This document shows positions 26,706 through 36,758 of a stretch of DNA of 44,907 nucleotides, piece by piece (positions within the stretch are counted from its first letter, which is position 1; each line of letters opens with the position of its first letter). The position numbers and the translations under genes are program-made. The notes under the pieces are model-generated. The model saw nothing but the letters and a program-made list of their open reading frames with translations. It was not told the DNA's origin and did not search any database. The stretch lies in the sequence record DRR723986_3513; one strand, written 5' to 3'.

Positions 26706-29297
26706 CTATTGTTTGCCGGTGTAGGTCGAGTGCTTGGGATCACCACCACTCTTAAGATAGGCCAGGATCTGAGCTACCTCCTCGGGCTTGAAGGTATCGA
26801 GTAGACCAGCCGGCATCATGGAAGATGGTGCTGGCCGTTGCTCAATAATCTCATCCGTATCAACGTTTGTGAACTTACCTGGGTCAAACATGTTCTCAAC
26901 GACGCGGAGCGTTTTACCACTTAGGTTGGCGACGCGGCCGGTAATAACGCGGTCCTCGGTCAAGAACTGGGTTGCCTGGTATTGATCACTAATCGACTTG
27001 TTAGGATCAATGATGGCAACCAGCATTTCACGGTCGCTGAAACGTCCGCCAGCGCTGGTCAGATCCGGGCCCTGAATACCGCCTCGTCCTGCCATTCTGT
27101 GGCATTTGAAGCACTGGGCCGTCGCGGTTAGGCGTCGACCTTTGTCAAAGTCCGGCTTGACGTCCATCGACGCCAACTCAGTAACTAATTCTTCTACCGT
27201 CCATTTCTTCACGACATCACGAGGCGTTAGGTCTTCCAATGGGTCGCGAGGTGCGGGCAAGGCCTTCGCCAATTCACCCAGCGAATTGACTTGTTCTTTG
27301 CTCAAACTGTCCAATGATGCCTGACGGATATTGTTGAGGAATCCACCAAAGGAAGCACCGCCACGGGCTGATTGCACGTCACGGAACCACTGCATGTAAT
27401 CCTTCAGCGAAGCATCGTCCCAGCCCTCGCTTTGCTCACGCAGAATGAAGGCGTAGTGGATCTGGTCGTCTTGAGCGGGCACGCTACGCATGTGCTCTAC
27501 GATTTTCGGAATCACGCCGGGAGCCTTCAAGTAAACGAGTGTCGACGCGAGCTCGCGATTTAAGCGACCATCGTTGGATGGAAACGCAGCCGAAGTCTGG
27601 GCGATTGCAGCCTCGCGCTGAGCGTCACTCGGTTTGCCCAGGCGCATCCAGATAAGGTGCTGCGCTCGGAGAACGTTCAAGGCGACAGCAGGTCGAACAG
27701 CCGTCAGATCGACCGCGTTCAGCTTCTTCAGCAATGGTGCTGCAGCACTTGATTCTCCCTTGCGCGCCAGGGCCATGGCGACGTTTGCAACCGCCAAGGG
27801 CTCCTCCAATTGCAGTGCTTGCTCAACCCACGAAGATGCATCTTGATGCTCGAGTGCAATTCGGGCAGCGTAACGAATCGCTCGGTCTGAGTGACCGATG
27901 TGTTCCATGGCAAGATCGACCGCTTCGGTGCCTGCTGATGTGTGGAACGCTTCTAGGCGTTGACGCAGTTCGCGGGCAGCTTGCGCGTCCGCCGAGTCGG
28001 ACATTGGCTCAGGGCTGGTGGAGGCGTCGCCGGTGTATTTCACGCGGTAAAGTGACGATGCGGTTCGACGACCGCCGACAGCAAAGTAGAGGTTTCCGTC
28101 TGGATGAACAACTAGATCCGTTACGGCCATTGGGGCGGCCGCGACAAAGGATTCAAAGTCGCCTTTATAGCTGGCGCCGTTGGGCTGCATATTCACGGCG
28201 TAGATAACACCGTAGCTCCAGTCGCTGATGAACAAGCAATTTTGGTACTTTGCTGGGAACTTCGCTCCGGTCCCGAATGCGATACCTGTTGGAGAGCCGG
28301 GCCCAATTTTCACGACAGCGCCAACGCTGTCGCCGTAGTAGGCGGGCCACTTGCCAGTTCCGTTTCGCCAGCCAAACTCGGCACCGCTGACGACGTGGTT
28401 CACTCGAGTTGGGCGGTACCATGGGGTTCCGATATCCCATTCCATGTCTGCGTCGTAGGCGAAAAGTTCACCGTGTTGATTGAATGCGATGTCGTATTCG
28501 TTGCGGAAGCCGGTAGCGACAAGTTCAACGTTGCTGCCATCTGGGTCCATGCTGCAGATCCAGCCACCTGGAGCTAAGCGTCCAGCCATGTGGCCTCGAG
28601 CGTCTGGCAGTCGGCCTAGCAAGTGGTCTTCGTCCCACAATCGCGAAACCGGCCCGGACGTTGCGGACTCAGGCACATCGACTTGATTGCCGCTGCAGAA
28701 GAAGATGCGTTTGCCATCGGGCGACAGGACCAAGGCGTGCGGACCATGCTCGCCAGCTTTGTCGGTCATCGGCACGATGTATTCAACTTTGTCGTACTGG
28801 TCGTCGTTGTCCGTATCGGTCAATCGGTAAACACCAGGGCCTTGAGCATCAGTTCCCTTTAGCTCGTTTCGACGCGCGTTGATGTTAATGTAGAGCGAAT
28901 CGAACGCGCAAAGCATTCCTTGGGCGTGCCCAATGTTAACGGTCAATTCTTCAACGCTAACATCGTCGCCATTGATTGTCGTGCGATACAGCTTTCCATA
29001 TTGGTCACTTGCGATGATGCGTCCTTTGGGGTCGACGCACATCGATACCCACGACCCTTGCTTGGCGGCGCTAACGTCGTAAACCAGTTCGACGTCGAAA
29101 CCTTTTGCAACTCGAAACTCACCTGCCGCGCCGGCTTTGACCATTGTTGGCTCGGCCGCAACACCTTGGTTACCCGAAACCGATAACGCGATAGCCAGAG
29201 CCCCAAAGGCTGTGGCAATCGAGGCGGTGGCAATCGGGGCGATGCGCCTAGTTAGGCAAACAATACGTGCTCTCAAACTCATTGATTGATATTCCAA
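26706..29297 (-). CDS. PVC-type heme-binding protein: sorbosone/glucose dehydrogenase-like propeller, HEAT repeats and cytochrome c
   Basis: Signal peptide, EHGPH, GFRNEYD, DADMEWD, GSPTG, C-terminal CFKCH, GPDLT, SMMP. Confidence 0.88.
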   Translation of the reverse strand: MEYQSMSLRARIVCLTRRIAPIATASIATAFGALAIALSVSGNQGVAAEPTMVKAGAAGEFRVAKGFDVELVYDVSAAKQGSWVSMCVDPKGRIIASDQYGKLYRTTINGDDVSVEELTVNIGHAQGMLCAFDSLYININARRNELKGTDAQGPGVYRLTDTDNDDQYDKVEYIVPMTDKAGEHGPHALVLSPDGKRIFFCSGNQVDVPESATSGPVSRLWDEDHLLGRLPDARGHMAGRLAPGGWICSMDPDGSNVELVATGFRNEYDIAFNQHGELFAYDADMEWDIGTPWYRPTRVNHVVSGAEFGWRNGTGKWPAYYGDSVGAVVKIGPGSPTGIAFGTGAKFPAKYQNCLFISDWSYGVIYAVNMQPNGASYKGDFESFVAAAPMAVTDLVVHPDGNLYFAVGGRRTASSLYRVKYTGDASTSPEPMSDSADAQAARELRQRLEAFHTSAGTEAVDLAMEHIGHSDRAIRYAARIALEHQDASSWVEQALQLEEPLAVANVAMALARKGESSAAAPLLKKLNAVDLTAVRPAVALNVLRAQHLIWMRLGKPSDAQREAAIAQTSAAFPSNDGRLNRELASTLVYLKAPGVIPKIVEHMRSVPAQDDQIHYAFILREQSEGWDDASLKDYMQWFRDVQSARGGASFGGFLNNIRQASLDSLSKEQVNSLGELAKALPAPRDPLEDLTPRDVVKKWTVEELVTELASMDVKPDFDKGRRLTATAQCFKCHRMAGRGGIQGPDLTSAGGRFSDREMLVAIIDPNKSISDQYQATQFLTEDRVITGRVANLSGKTLRVVENMFDPGKFTNVDTDEIIEQRPAPSSMMPAGLLDTFKPEEVAQILAYLKSGGDPKHSTYTGKQ

Positions 29298-29680
29298 AGT
29301 GATATGAAAACGTTAATTTTCTGAAGCTCTAGCTTACCAGCCCAAGCGTCCGGCGATAAGCACTAAGCCCGCCAAGTCGCCTTAACTAGTCGTCGATGGG
29401 GCAAAGCCCTCCGTTAGGTGGCTTGGCCGGATTGCGCCCAGTGCCTCGTCGAGGCGGCCAGTCGGTGCAAGCTCGCTCGGCTCACGGCTCTGGCTGCTTC
29501 GAGCGACTGCGAGTTCCCTTATAATCCACGCTTAAGAGGTATCCAACAACGTCGCCGCTAAAAGCATGCACTTGGCTGATCGTCGACTTGTGGGACCATC
29601 TGCGGCGCTCGATGAGGCGGATTCCTAGGCGGGCGTGTCGATACTTTTGATTGCGATTCTATTTTTGATGGTGAGTTCTT

Positions 29681-32600
29681 ATGTCCATTTCTTGGCAGCA
29701 GCTTGGTGATGAATGGTTGGTAAATGACCCGACAATGGCCCTAGGCTGGGGCAAGGAATCGGACGAAACCGAAGTTGCCCAACAGCACCAACAACTGCAA
29801 GAGTACCTGCACATGCAACTGGCTGTGTGTGGTATCAACGCGCCAAATGTCCAAGAGTCGGGATCGCTGTGGAGTGGAAGCCTTCTGGAATCCCTAAGGG
29901 AAAAGAATCGCCTTCTGGCCGAGCATCAGCCAGCCATCGACCGTCGGGTTGAGGCGTTTTTGGCTGAGCATTTTCAGTCGACGGCCGATCAGCCGCTTGA
30001 GTTGCCGAAAAACGCGTTCTGCCTTGACCGCCACGGAATGGCCAGGCAGTTGAGTATTCCTTGCAATAGTGATGGTTTCCGAAACGAGCTCATCTCCAGC
30101 GCGCGAGTTCACAACGGGGTCGTCCACAATCCGAAAGCTGACCGCCGGACGACGAAGGGGACGTTTCATGTATGCGAGGGAGGGCTTCCAATCCCGGCCG
30201 ACAAACGGGCGGTTCCGAAGAATGTGTTCGCCAACCTATTCCAGGCCGCGATGAAGCCACCTGCGGACTTGATGCGTTTGCCGTACTGCGCCGAACTTGA
30301 CAACGATGCTTCCACAGAGAGTTTCGTTTCGCTGTTGGTGCGTCCTCTCGTTTGTCCCGCGGTGGATAATTTCTGCCGACACAAATCGATGGAAGTCCGG
30401 TTCTTTGCTCCCGGTGGACTGGTCAGCAACTTGGATTTTGTCGAGTCGATTTTTGGCAACGCTGGCGATCCGCAGGTCACCGAGAATGATGCCGGCCTAG
30501 ACGTATTGCACTGGTCGGGGCACACCGGCTGCGTGATCCTGGCTCCGCACTTGATTCATCTGACCAAAGCCGAGCTTGGTTTGCCGCACTGGGACGACGC
30601 TACTGAGCGGCAGCGCAGGGACTCGATGTGCTACCGCGATGAATCGGAGAAGTACAACGATGGCGGGGCATTCAAGGTCACCTGCCGGACTGCCAGTGGT
30701 GTCATCGTGACTTTGATCGCGGACAATTACTTTGGCTATTGCAAGAAAGAGGTAAAGACGCAGATCAGTTACGCAGCGAACTTGATGGGCAACGTCGAAG
30801 AAGAGCATGCGGGCGGAACTCTAGCCTTCCCAAGTTGGTCGTTGGGTGACGAATTTCAAGTCAACAGTCAACGCTACAACGGTCGCACTTTTGACGATGT
30901 CCGCCGCGACTATTCAGATTGCTTGACCGAGCACCAAGACGGCTACGCGGTTGACAACAATTGTCCTGAATTGATCTACATTCCCGAGAACGCAAAAGCG
31001 TCCCTCTATGACCAGAAGATTCACTGGTTGCGTGACGGATCCGAGCATAGCATTCCGCTGCGTCCAGGCCGAGTCTACATGGCTCCAAGCGGTTATCGTA
31101 TCAAGATGGAGAAGCACCCCAAGGCGCCTTCTTGGCGATTGATCGGAGTAAGTGGTGAAGGGATCGTTTGCCACAAACCCTGTACCGTAAGTGGCGGCGG
31201 GAAGAGTGAGATTAGCAAGTCGCTGCGTGACTACATGCACTCTGGACCCATCTTTGTCTCCAATTTGGAAAAGGACTTTGAACAGCTCGAAGTTCTGTTC
31301 ACAAAGGATTACTCGACTCGTTGGCGACACGATTCACCAGAGTGCCCGGACTATGAAGGACGTCGGAGTCGCCCGATTCTCGATCCAGCCCGTTCTCTGG
31401 GCAGCGTGATCAAGCTGCTGACGCCAAGTCGCGACTACACGGACGAATACAACGACTGGTTGCGGAAGATTCCAGGTTCGATCTACGCAATGGCGTTCAT
31501 CATCAAGCGATTCAGCAAACCAGAATGGAATGGCCGATGGCGCGACCACTTCAGCGTCGATATGGTCAACGGCGAACCAGGTCACCAACTGAAGTACGAA
31601 AGTCGCTCGTTGGTCGGCATGTATCTCCGCGTCGGTCTCGATAGCGACGGACGATGGCAAACATACAAGCTCCGCCAGGATTTCGCTGCCGCGTCCAAAA
31701 TCCAGCTTGAAGATGACATCAGTGCCTCGGTCGTCGTGCCGGGCCGATTCTTGGATGGTCAGTTGCCTGACAAGCTGAGCTACAAGTTTGTGGCAAACTG
31801 CGAGTATCGCCTCTTTCAGCGTCCGGACGATGCGATTCACCGGGGATTGGACAAGCAGACCGAAGCCGATATGGCTCACTTGAACAATTTCTTCTGCAAC
31901 TATGAACCGTTGCCGCTGGATCAAACGAAGGCGCTCGTTGACGACGTTTTGACCTTCGACAAGTACACCCAGCCAATGCAGGACATGCTGCAGTCTGCGG
32001 TCAAGAGCGAAGCGCCATTCACGATTTCTTCAGCGCATCCGCGCCTGGTTGATGGTGTTCCGACGAAGAATCCACGGTACCTGCAAGACCGAGTTGATTT
32101 GTCGAACCCGGACGAGCGATACATTGCGATGCAGAGTGTGCGGCTGTTCCGCGGACTTCCGCTAGATGCACCTATCTATCAGCCCGTTTCAGCAGTGCTT
32201 TCCGGCCGCAGGAACAATCCGCCAGACAAGGAAGCTGGAATTCGCTCTTTGGCGGTTTACAATCCGATTCACTACCAAGAGCTCCCGGAGCTCTTCATGG
32301 ACTACGCTTGCTCGTTGACCGGAAAGAGTCCGTCCACAACCGGAGCTGGAAGCGAAGGGGCACTCACGAAGGGGCCATTCAACGCTCTATTGCCCGTGCA
32401 TGACCTGAACGCGGCACTAGTAAGCATGATTCTGACCGACCTCGGCGGATTCTCAACGGCTGCTGGTCACGTGGGAAGTGACATTCAAGTCGGCCACGAT
32501 GTCAGCTTCCTTGTTCCTGAGCTTTGGTGTCGATTGACTGACGAAGAGAAAGATCCCGAGTTCCTGATCAAGGAAGGAATGCTGGAGCGAGTGCCAGATG

Positions 32601-33229
32601 TCACTCATGGCGGCAAGACGGTCGAGACCGGACGACTGGGATATCGAATAACGTCACGGTTCGTGCGTCGGTTCTTCGGGCGAATGTTCGATAATCCGGA
32701 CAAAGTTTTCGATGAACGAATCCTCAAGCCTGAGACTCAGGATATGGAAGGCTTTGCCGATGGTGTTGAGCATATCTTGGAAGCTCATCACCGCGTTGCA
32801 TCGAACTACTTTGAGGACGGCAGTGTCGAATTCGCAGTTCCTCCTTTGAAAGCACTTCTGCACATCATGGTGCATGGGAACTGGGAAGGAAAAACGCTGG
32901 ACGATCCGGAAGTCCGCGGGATGTTTGATCGAGAAACGATGTTGCAAAGCGACTGGTATCGGGCTCGCTTGAATGCGAAACGACGATCGGACACCAATTT
33001 GTGGAGTCGGCACAAGGAGTATCTCGAGTCCTTTATTGAGTTGAAGACTCACAGTGAGGTTGCGGCTCGGATGAATCTGCCGGAACGGATCAAGCAGGCC
33101 GAGGAACGCTTGGAATATTTCTCCAGCGACGATTACCTTGCGCGACTCGAAGGCACGCTGGGAACCGACCCGCATCTGGTTCCGCTAACGCATCATCATT
33201 CATCACAGATGTTGCTTGCCGAAGCCTAG
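29681..33229 (+). CDS. PPi-dependent phosphoenolpyruvate carboxykinase (PEP carboxytransphosphorylase)
   Basis: 1182 aa; NPKADRRTTKGTFHV, SNLDFVESIFGNAGDP, ADNYFGYCKKEVKTQIS, EEEHAGG, CHKPCTVSGGGKSEISKS, RLFQRPDDA, TGKSPSTTGAGSEGALTKGPFN. Confidence 0.9.
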   Translation: MSISWQQLGDEWLVNDPTMALGWGKESDETEVAQQHQQLQEYLHMQLAVCGINAPNVQESGSLWSGSLLESLREKNRLLAEHQPAIDRRVEAFLAEHFQSTADQPLELPKNAFCLDRHGMARQLSIPCNSDGFRNELISSARVHNGVVHNPKADRRTTKGTFHVCEGGLPIPADKRAVPKNVFANLFQAAMKPPADLMRLPYCAELDNDASTESFVSLLVRPLVCPAVDNFCRHKSMEVRFFAPGGLVSNLDFVESIFGNAGDPQVTENDAGLDVLHWSGHTGCVILAPHLIHLTKAELGLPHWDDATERQRRDSMCYRDESEKYNDGGAFKVTCRTASGVIVTLIADNYFGYCKKEVKTQISYAANLMGNVEEEHAGGTLAFPSWSLGDEFQVNSQRYNGRTFDDVRRDYSDCLTEHQDGYAVDNNCPELIYIPENAKASLYDQKIHWLRDGSEHSIPLRPGRVYMAPSGYRIKMEKHPKAPSWRLIGVSGEGIVCHKPCTVSGGGKSEISKSLRDYMHSGPIFVSNLEKDFEQLEVLFTKDYSTRWRHDSPECPDYEGRRSRPILDPARSLGSVIKLLTPSRDYTDEYNDWLRKIPGSIYAMAFIIKRFSKPEWNGRWRDHFSVDMVNGEPGHQLKYESRSLVGMYLRVGLDSDGRWQTYKLRQDFAAASKIQLEDDISASVVVPGRFLDGQLPDKLSYKFVANCEYRLFQRPDDAIHRGLDKQTEADMAHLNNFFCNYEPLPLDQTKALVDDVLTFDKYTQPMQDMLQSAVKSEAPFTISSAHPRLVDGVPTKNPRYLQDRVDLSNPDERYIAMQSVRLFRGLPLDAPIYQPVSAVLSGRRNNPPDKEAGIRSLAVYNPIHYQELPELFMDYACSLTGKSPSTTGAGSEGALTKGPFNALLPVHDLNAALVSMILTDLGGFSTAAGHVGSDIQVGHDVSFLVPELWCRLTDEEKDPEFLIKEGMLERVPDVTHGGKTVETGRLGYRITSRFVRRFFGRMFDNPDKVFDERILKPETQDMEGFADGVEHILEAHHRVASNYFEDGSVEFAVPPLKALLHIMVHGNWEGKTLDDPEVRGMFDRETMLQSDWYRARLNAKRRSDTNLWSRHKEYLESFIELKTHSEVAARMNLPERIKQAEERLEYFSSDDYLARLEGTLGTDPHLVPLTHHHSSQMLLAEA

Positions 33230-33293
33230 TATCAGGCAAATTGCGGGGAATCATCGAAAGTTCTGGCGCTGCGGCGTTGGAACGCTGACGGTT

Positions 33294-33350
33294 CGTTCCG
33301 TTGAATGCTGGACGTGCGTTCCGTTGAATGCTGGACGTGCGTCCCGTTGA
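33294..33350. repeat. 23-bp tandem repeat, ~2.5 copies
   Basis: CGTTCCGTTGAATGCTGGACGTG exactly twice (33294-33339), then CGTCCCGTTGA. Confidence 0.9.
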
Positions 33351-33554
33351 CCGAAGGCAGCCGGCAACCACCCTTGGGAAGCTGGCTGCTAGGCGCGAAG
33401 CACTTCGGCGATAGTTCGCCAAGCTCTGCCTTGGTCATTGGCCGATTTGCCGGTGCCTAGTGGTCGCGAAGCGCAAATGAGGGCCCAGGCTCCTGCAATG
33501 CGTACAAACTACCTGCAATTGTGGGCTGCCACACAATGCGGCCATGTCTCGCCG

Positions 33555-33583
33555 TTGCGACGGTGGGCTCGCAAAGCTACATT
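33555..33583 (+). promoter_or_regulatory. Sigma70 promoter candidate for the ncRNA-rny transcript
   Basis: TTGCGA (33555-33560), 17-nt spacer, TACATT (33578-33583). Confidence 0.6.
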
Positions 33584-33848
33584 GGGAGGGTTCTGTGGGG
33601 GCACTCGACACCATTTGTTGGTGAGCGAATTCTCCGGCAGGAATATGAAGCCCGTGATAAGACCAACAAAACGCCGCAATCCGTGTGCGTCGATCTTTGC
33701 ACTGGCCTTCAAACAACTCCTACGCTTCTTTTCAAATCCACGCTTAACTTCCAGCGGGTGCCACACCCCTCCGCGCTCGGCGCTGAGGTTCAGCCAATGT
33801 TTGATTCACTTCTCAACTTGCTTATCGCGATCATTCGCTTTGCTGTGC

Positions 33849-34066
33849 GCCCCCTGAGGTTCGCCGGTCAGCGATTGTCCGTGAAGTCTATGCCGACCGC
33901 AGATCGGCCGATGACCGATGCTGGCAAGCAATTGTGGATCAACCAGGCTGGTGACGCACACCCAATGCTCCAGCTTGTGCGCAGAATAGACTGCGTCGCA
34001 GGCCGAGAACTGCTCGCCGGCGAAATGCCGAACAAGAGCAGCTTTCCGCCAACGATAGCCTGGGGC
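33849..34066 (+). ncRNA. ssrS: Probable 6S RNA (3' end uncertain, between ~34030 and 34066)
   Basis: The 5' CCCCTGAGGTTCG resembles 6S 5' ends. Nested long-range pairs TTCGCCGG 33860-33867/CCGGCGAA 34017-34024 and AGTCTAT 33885-33891/ATAGACT 33986-33992 form a rod. It lies directly upstream of rny-ymdB, a known ssrS neighbourhood. Confidence 0.6.
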
Positions 34067-34199
34067 AGTGATCGTGAACCGAATCGTACCGTTAAAAGTT
34101 TGAATGGCTTGCATAGCAAATTGTGCTGTGCCACAGTGTTCCTTCGACGCATCGGCTTGCTATTGGCGCTCCCAGATACGCCGCTAAGAAAGGCAAGCT

Positions 34200-35840
34200 G
34201 TGAATATTTCAGACTCTACTCTATCGCTCGGTGCGGAGCTTAATCGCTCGCTGTTCACCAAGCTCAGCAATTTTTTACCCCTCGGCCAATCAGCCGAAGC
34301 GACCGCCATAGCTGCGTTGGTTGGTGGCATCGTTCTTGGGGCTGGAATTGTCTTCTTGATCAACTACCTGATTGGTCGCGACGTTGCTGCGCAGAAGCAA
34401 GCTGTTCTGGACAAAGCCAAAGCTGAGGCTGAGAACCTGATCAAGTCTGCCGAGCTCGAGGCCAAGGATGTCGCCATTCAGCAGAAGCAGAAGCTGGAGG
34501 GCGAAGCAAACAAGCTCCGAGAGCAAGTCCGAAAGCGTGAGTCAGCCCTCGATCGCCGCGAAGAGTCGTTGCAACAAACGGCAAAGGACTTCCGCAAGCA
34601 GGAGAAGATGGTCGAAGCCAATCAAAGACGTTTGGCCGAAAAAATGCAGGATGCTACTGAGCATGCCGACAAGGCGAAAAAACTTGTTCAGGAGCAGACA
34701 ACTCAGCTTCAACAGATTAGCAGTTTGACAAAGGATGAGGCGTCCGACCGCTTGATGAGCCTGCTTGAGCACGAGCTGGAGCAGGACGTTGGCAATCGCA
34801 TCCTAAAGCACGAACGCCGGATCTCGGAAATCGCTGAACAGAAAGCTCAGGAGATCATCCTGACTGCGATGCAACGGTATGCATCCGCACACACTGCCGA
34901 CAGCACGACCAGCACGGTGGATATTCCGAACGATGAGATGAAAGGTCGCATCATCGGGCGTGAGGGTCGGAACATTCGTGCCTTTGAGAAAGCCACGGGC
35001 GTTGATGTGATTATCGATGACACACCTGGCGTTGTGATCGTCAGCGGTTTTGATCCGGTGCGACGCGAGGTTGCGCGTCAGTCGCTGGACAAGCTGATCG
35101 CTGACGGACGCATTCATCCGTCGCGAATCGAAGAAGTTGTCGCTGACACGAACAAAGAGCTTGAGAAGTACATTCGCCGCAAGGGTCAGGAGGCCGCTGA
35201 GGAAGTGAACATCGGCGGGCTGCATGACAAAATCATCTACATGCTTGGGCGCCTGCATTTCCGAACTAGTTTCAGTCAGAACGTGCTAAGGCACAGCGTC
35301 GAAGTCGCTTTCTTGTCTGGGCTGATGGCCGAAATGACTGGGCTCGATCCCGATCTAGCTCGACGAGCTGGGCTGTTGCACGACATTGGCAAGGCGGCTG
35401 ACCACGAATTGGAAGGGGGCCACCCCAAGATCGGGGCCGACCTCTTGAAACGCAATGGCGAAAATGAAGTCGTCGTGCATGCTGCTTTCGGTCACCATGA
35501 CGAACTGACAACTGAGTACCCATACACGCTCTTGGTCGCAACGTCTGACGCCTGCAGCGCCTCGCGGCCTGGGGCTCGGCGAGAGTCGTTGGAACGCTAC
35601 ATCAAACGAATGGAAGAACTCGAGTCGATTGCAAAGGATTTTAACGGAGTCGAGCAAGCCTTTGCAATTCAAGCTGGTCGAGAATTGCGGGTCATCGTTG
35701 GTGCAACTCAGACCGACGATGCCAAGGCAGCGAAAGTTTGTCGTGATATCGCGAAAGCCTTTGAGCAACAATTGACCTATCCCGGCGAAATCAAAGTGAC
35801 GGTTGTGCGCGAGTCCCGCTTCGTAGAAGTGGCGAGGTAG
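34200..35840 (+). CDS. rny: Ribonuclease Y
   Basis: N-terminal TM and coiled coil, KH domain [16 protein letters not shown] domain NVLRHS...[35 protein letters not shown] start uncertain. Confidence 0.97.
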   Translation: MNISDSTLSLGAELNRSLFTKLSNFLPLGQSAEATAIAALVGGIVLGAGIVFLINYLIGRDVAAQKQAVLDKAKAEAENLIKSAELEAKDVAIQQKQKLEGEANKLREQVRKRESALDRREESLQQTAKDFRKQEKMVEANQRRLAEKMQDATEHADKAKKLVQEQTTQLQQISSLTKDEASDRLMSLLEHELEQDVGNRILKHERRISEIAEQKAQEIILTAMQRYASAHTADSTTSTVDIPNDEMKGRIIGREGRNIRAFEKATGVDVIIDDTPGVVIVSGFDPVRREVARQSLDKLIADGRIHPSRIEEVVADTNKELEKYIRRKGQEAAEEVNIGGLHDKIIYMLGRLHFRTSFSQNVLRHSVEVAFLSGLMAEMTGLDPDLARRAGLLHDIGKAADHELEGGHPKIGADLLKRNGENEVVVHAAFGHHDELTTEYPYTLLVATSDACSASRPGARRESLERYIKRMEELESIAKDFNGVEQAFAIQAGRELRVIVGATQTDDAKAAKVCRDIAKAFEQQLTYPGEIKVTVVRESRFVEVAR

Positions 35841-35848
35841 CCGCACAA

Positions 35849-36757
35849 GTGCAGAACCCCAAACAAAAAAACAGTGAGACGAAGGCAGCAAGTGGTGATC
35901 GGCCCGCGGTCGAAAACTCGCTGCCCCCGCCGCAGAAATCGACAAGCGAAATCCGCGTCGTCATGATTGGCGACATCGTGGGTAAGCCAGGCACGCGAAT
36001 GGCTTGTGCCGCAGTTGAGACACTGCGTTCGACCTACGGTGCCGACTTTATCATTGCCAATGCGGAGAATTCAGCAGACGGCTCTGGGCTCCGGTGCAAA
36101 GATTATCGCAAGCTGGTCGATGCTGGTATCGATGCGATGACGCTTGGGGACCACGTCTACCGCAAGCGTGAAATCATGCTTGTCTTGGACAAAGAAGAGA
36201 ACATTGTTCGGCCTGCGAATTTAGCCGAAGATGCACCGGGAAAGAAATTCATCGAAGTAAAATCCTCCAATGGTGATCGAATCGGCATCACGTGTGCCCT
36301 TGGTCGAGTCTTCATGAATCCGGTTGACTGCCCTTTTCGAGCTGTCGATCGCAGTTTGGCCGCCATGTCACCGTCGACAAAAATTCGCTTCGTTGATTTC
36401 CATGCCGAAGCAACTAGCGACATGCAGTTGATGGGCCGCTACATCGACGGTAGGGCGACTGCAGTTTTAGGCACCCACACTCACGTGCCAACCGCCGATG
36501 AACGTGTGCTGCCCGGAGGTACGGGGTTTCAGTGTGATGTGGGAATGACCGGGCCATTCGAAAGTATCCTTGGACGGAAGATCGCGGCGGTGCGCGATGC
36601 GGTCCTTGGCACCATTCCCCTTCCATTCCAAGTCGCGACAGAAGACGTGCGACTGTGCGGCACATGGTTTGACGCGGATCGGGCGACTGGAAAGTGCCTC
36701 CGAATCGGACGTATCGAGCTTCACGAAACCTTGCTTCCTGAGTCCGGGAGAAGCTAA
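35849..36757 (+). CDS. ymdB: TIGR00282 metallophosphoesterase YmdB
   Basis: IGDIVGKPG, NAEN, RPAN, DFHAEATS, GTHTHVPTAD, DVGMTG; directly follows rny. Confidence 0.93.
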   Translation: MQNPKQKNSETKAASGDRPAVENSLPPPQKSTSEIRVVMIGDIVGKPGTRMACAAVETLRSTYGADFIIANAENSADGSGLRCKDYRKLVDAGIDAMTLGDHVYRKREIMLVLDKEENIVRPANLAEDAPGKKFIEVKSSNGDRIGITCALGRVFMNPVDCPFRAVDRSLAAMSPSTKIRFVDFHAEATSDMQLMGRYIDGRATAVLGTHTHVPTADERVLPGGTGFQCDVGMTGPFESILGRKIAAVRDAVLGTIPLPFQVATEDVRLCGTWFDADRATGKCLRIGRIELHETLLPESGRS

Positions 36758-36758
36758 C

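Noticed and set aside
29497-29525. TATAAT at 29520-29525 as the PEPCK promoter
   Set aside because: Perfect -10 but no convincing -35 or extended -10, so it is not supportable from sequence alone.
33294-33350. Possible CRISPR repeats
   Set aside because: The units are directly adjacent with no spacers.
33590-33770. tmRNA or tRNA-like element (GGGGGCACTCGAC start)
   Set aside because: No T-arm or CCA end, no tag reading frame, and too short for tmRNA.
33521-34243. 240-aa ORF (or 148 aa from ATG 33797, which has an upstream GAGG)
   Set aside because: No recognisable domain, and it overlaps the promoter, the 6S candidate and the rny start. Translation from 33797 cannot be fully excluded without ribosome profiling.
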